Assembly (NCBI GenBank): GCA_964016885.1
Contig: OZ024742.1
Coordinates: 30,442,001 to 30,506,000 of the forward strand
DNA from: Eledone cirrhosa
Taxonomy: Eukaryota
Reading direction: 5' to 3'
Length of the DNA: 64,000 bases
Shown here: positions 63,185-64,000 of the stretch, one piece after another
Layout: each line of letters opens with the position of its first letter
Numbering within the stretch: the stretch's first letter is position 1
Program-made: the position numbers and the translations under genes
The notes under the pieces: model-generated
The model's database searches: none
The model's input: only the letters and a program-made list of their open reading frames with translations
Told to the model about the DNA's origin: nothing

Positions 63185-64000
63185 GATGATGAAAAAAAGA
63201 GTGAACTTAATCCTATAAATCCAAACCACTTTCTTGCTACCATTAAACAGTGGGGAAAAAAATGAACTTCTCAACATTTGTTACCCTAAACCCACTGACT
63301 TAAACCTATCAACCTAAACACATTGACTTAAATCTATTACCCTAAACACATTGACATAAACCTATTAACATAAACACATTGACTTAAACCTATTAGCATA
63401 AACACATTGACTTAAATGCATTACCCTAAACCTATCACCCTAAACACATTGACTTACACCTATTACCTTAACTCTTTAGCATTTAAACCAGCCATATCCG
63501 GCTAGGATGGGCTTACCTCTTCCTGTTCAAACCAGCCATAACTGGCTGCTCATACTTATGTTAAGATATTGTCCTCAAAATAAATAATATCAAAATCTTG
63601 TAGATTTGATATTTTGTAAGATAAATCCTTTACTGCGAAAATACAATAGAATATATAAAGTAATGCAAATGCTAAAGGGTTAAACCCATTACCCTAAACC
63701 CATTATCCTAAATCTATTGGCTTAAACCCATTACCCTAAACTCATTGACTTAAACTCATTACCCTAAACATGTTGACTTACACCCATTACTCTAAACCTA
63801 TCCCCCTAAACATATTGACTTAAACTTATTACCCAGTATACCATCATTATTATTCATTTAACATCCATTTCCCCTGCTATAAATAAAGCAATATTAACAA
63901 CTTACCATATCCTTTGATAGTATTTGGGTATTTTGGATCTGGCACTGAAATACAGCTCTTATCTTTGCCCTTCATAAATAAAAAGGGGCCAAATGAATTA

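Larger units (their letters stand above)
50690..64000 (-). pseudogene. Tandem duplicate of the zinc-finger gene (exon copies 63906-63969, 62485-62820, 62040-62223, 59153-59538, 57022-57204, 55928-56006, and rearranged terminal exon 50690-52731); continues past the right edge
   Basis: Collinear exon and intron homology with 24876-36040; +1 frameshift at G6 62511-62516, 10-nt deletion near 59526, 1-nt deletion near 52420, large deletions in the terminal exon. Confidence 0.88.

Overview
AT-rich, repeat-dense animal genomic DNA. The SINE/RTE landscape and C2H2-rich gene suggest a coleoid cephalopod such as Octopus (inference). The window holds the first seven coding exons of EXOSC10/Rrp6 (minus strand, ATG at 15108, gene continues past the left edge). 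It also holds a complete-looking 10-exon minus-strand gene (about 40244-24617) encoding repeated atypical Cys/His modules, two AT-hooks and a C2H2 zinc-finger array, plus a decayed, partly scrambled tandem duplicate of that gene (about 50690 to beyond 64000). Transposons are abundant: RTE, CR1, CRE-like and R4-like LINEs, two Helitrons, Tc1/mariner and pogo relics, TTAA MITEs, SINEs and many minisatellites. The most unusual item is a 1021-bp long-TIR element with an 8-bp TSD (15942-16962) that appears to have captured the first coding exon of a host RMND5 gene, resembling a Pack-MULE. Also notable is a minisatellite that has amplified the splice acceptor of EXOSC10 exon 7. Exon models were assembled by hand from GT/AG sites, phase continuity and remembered homologues; no database search was run.
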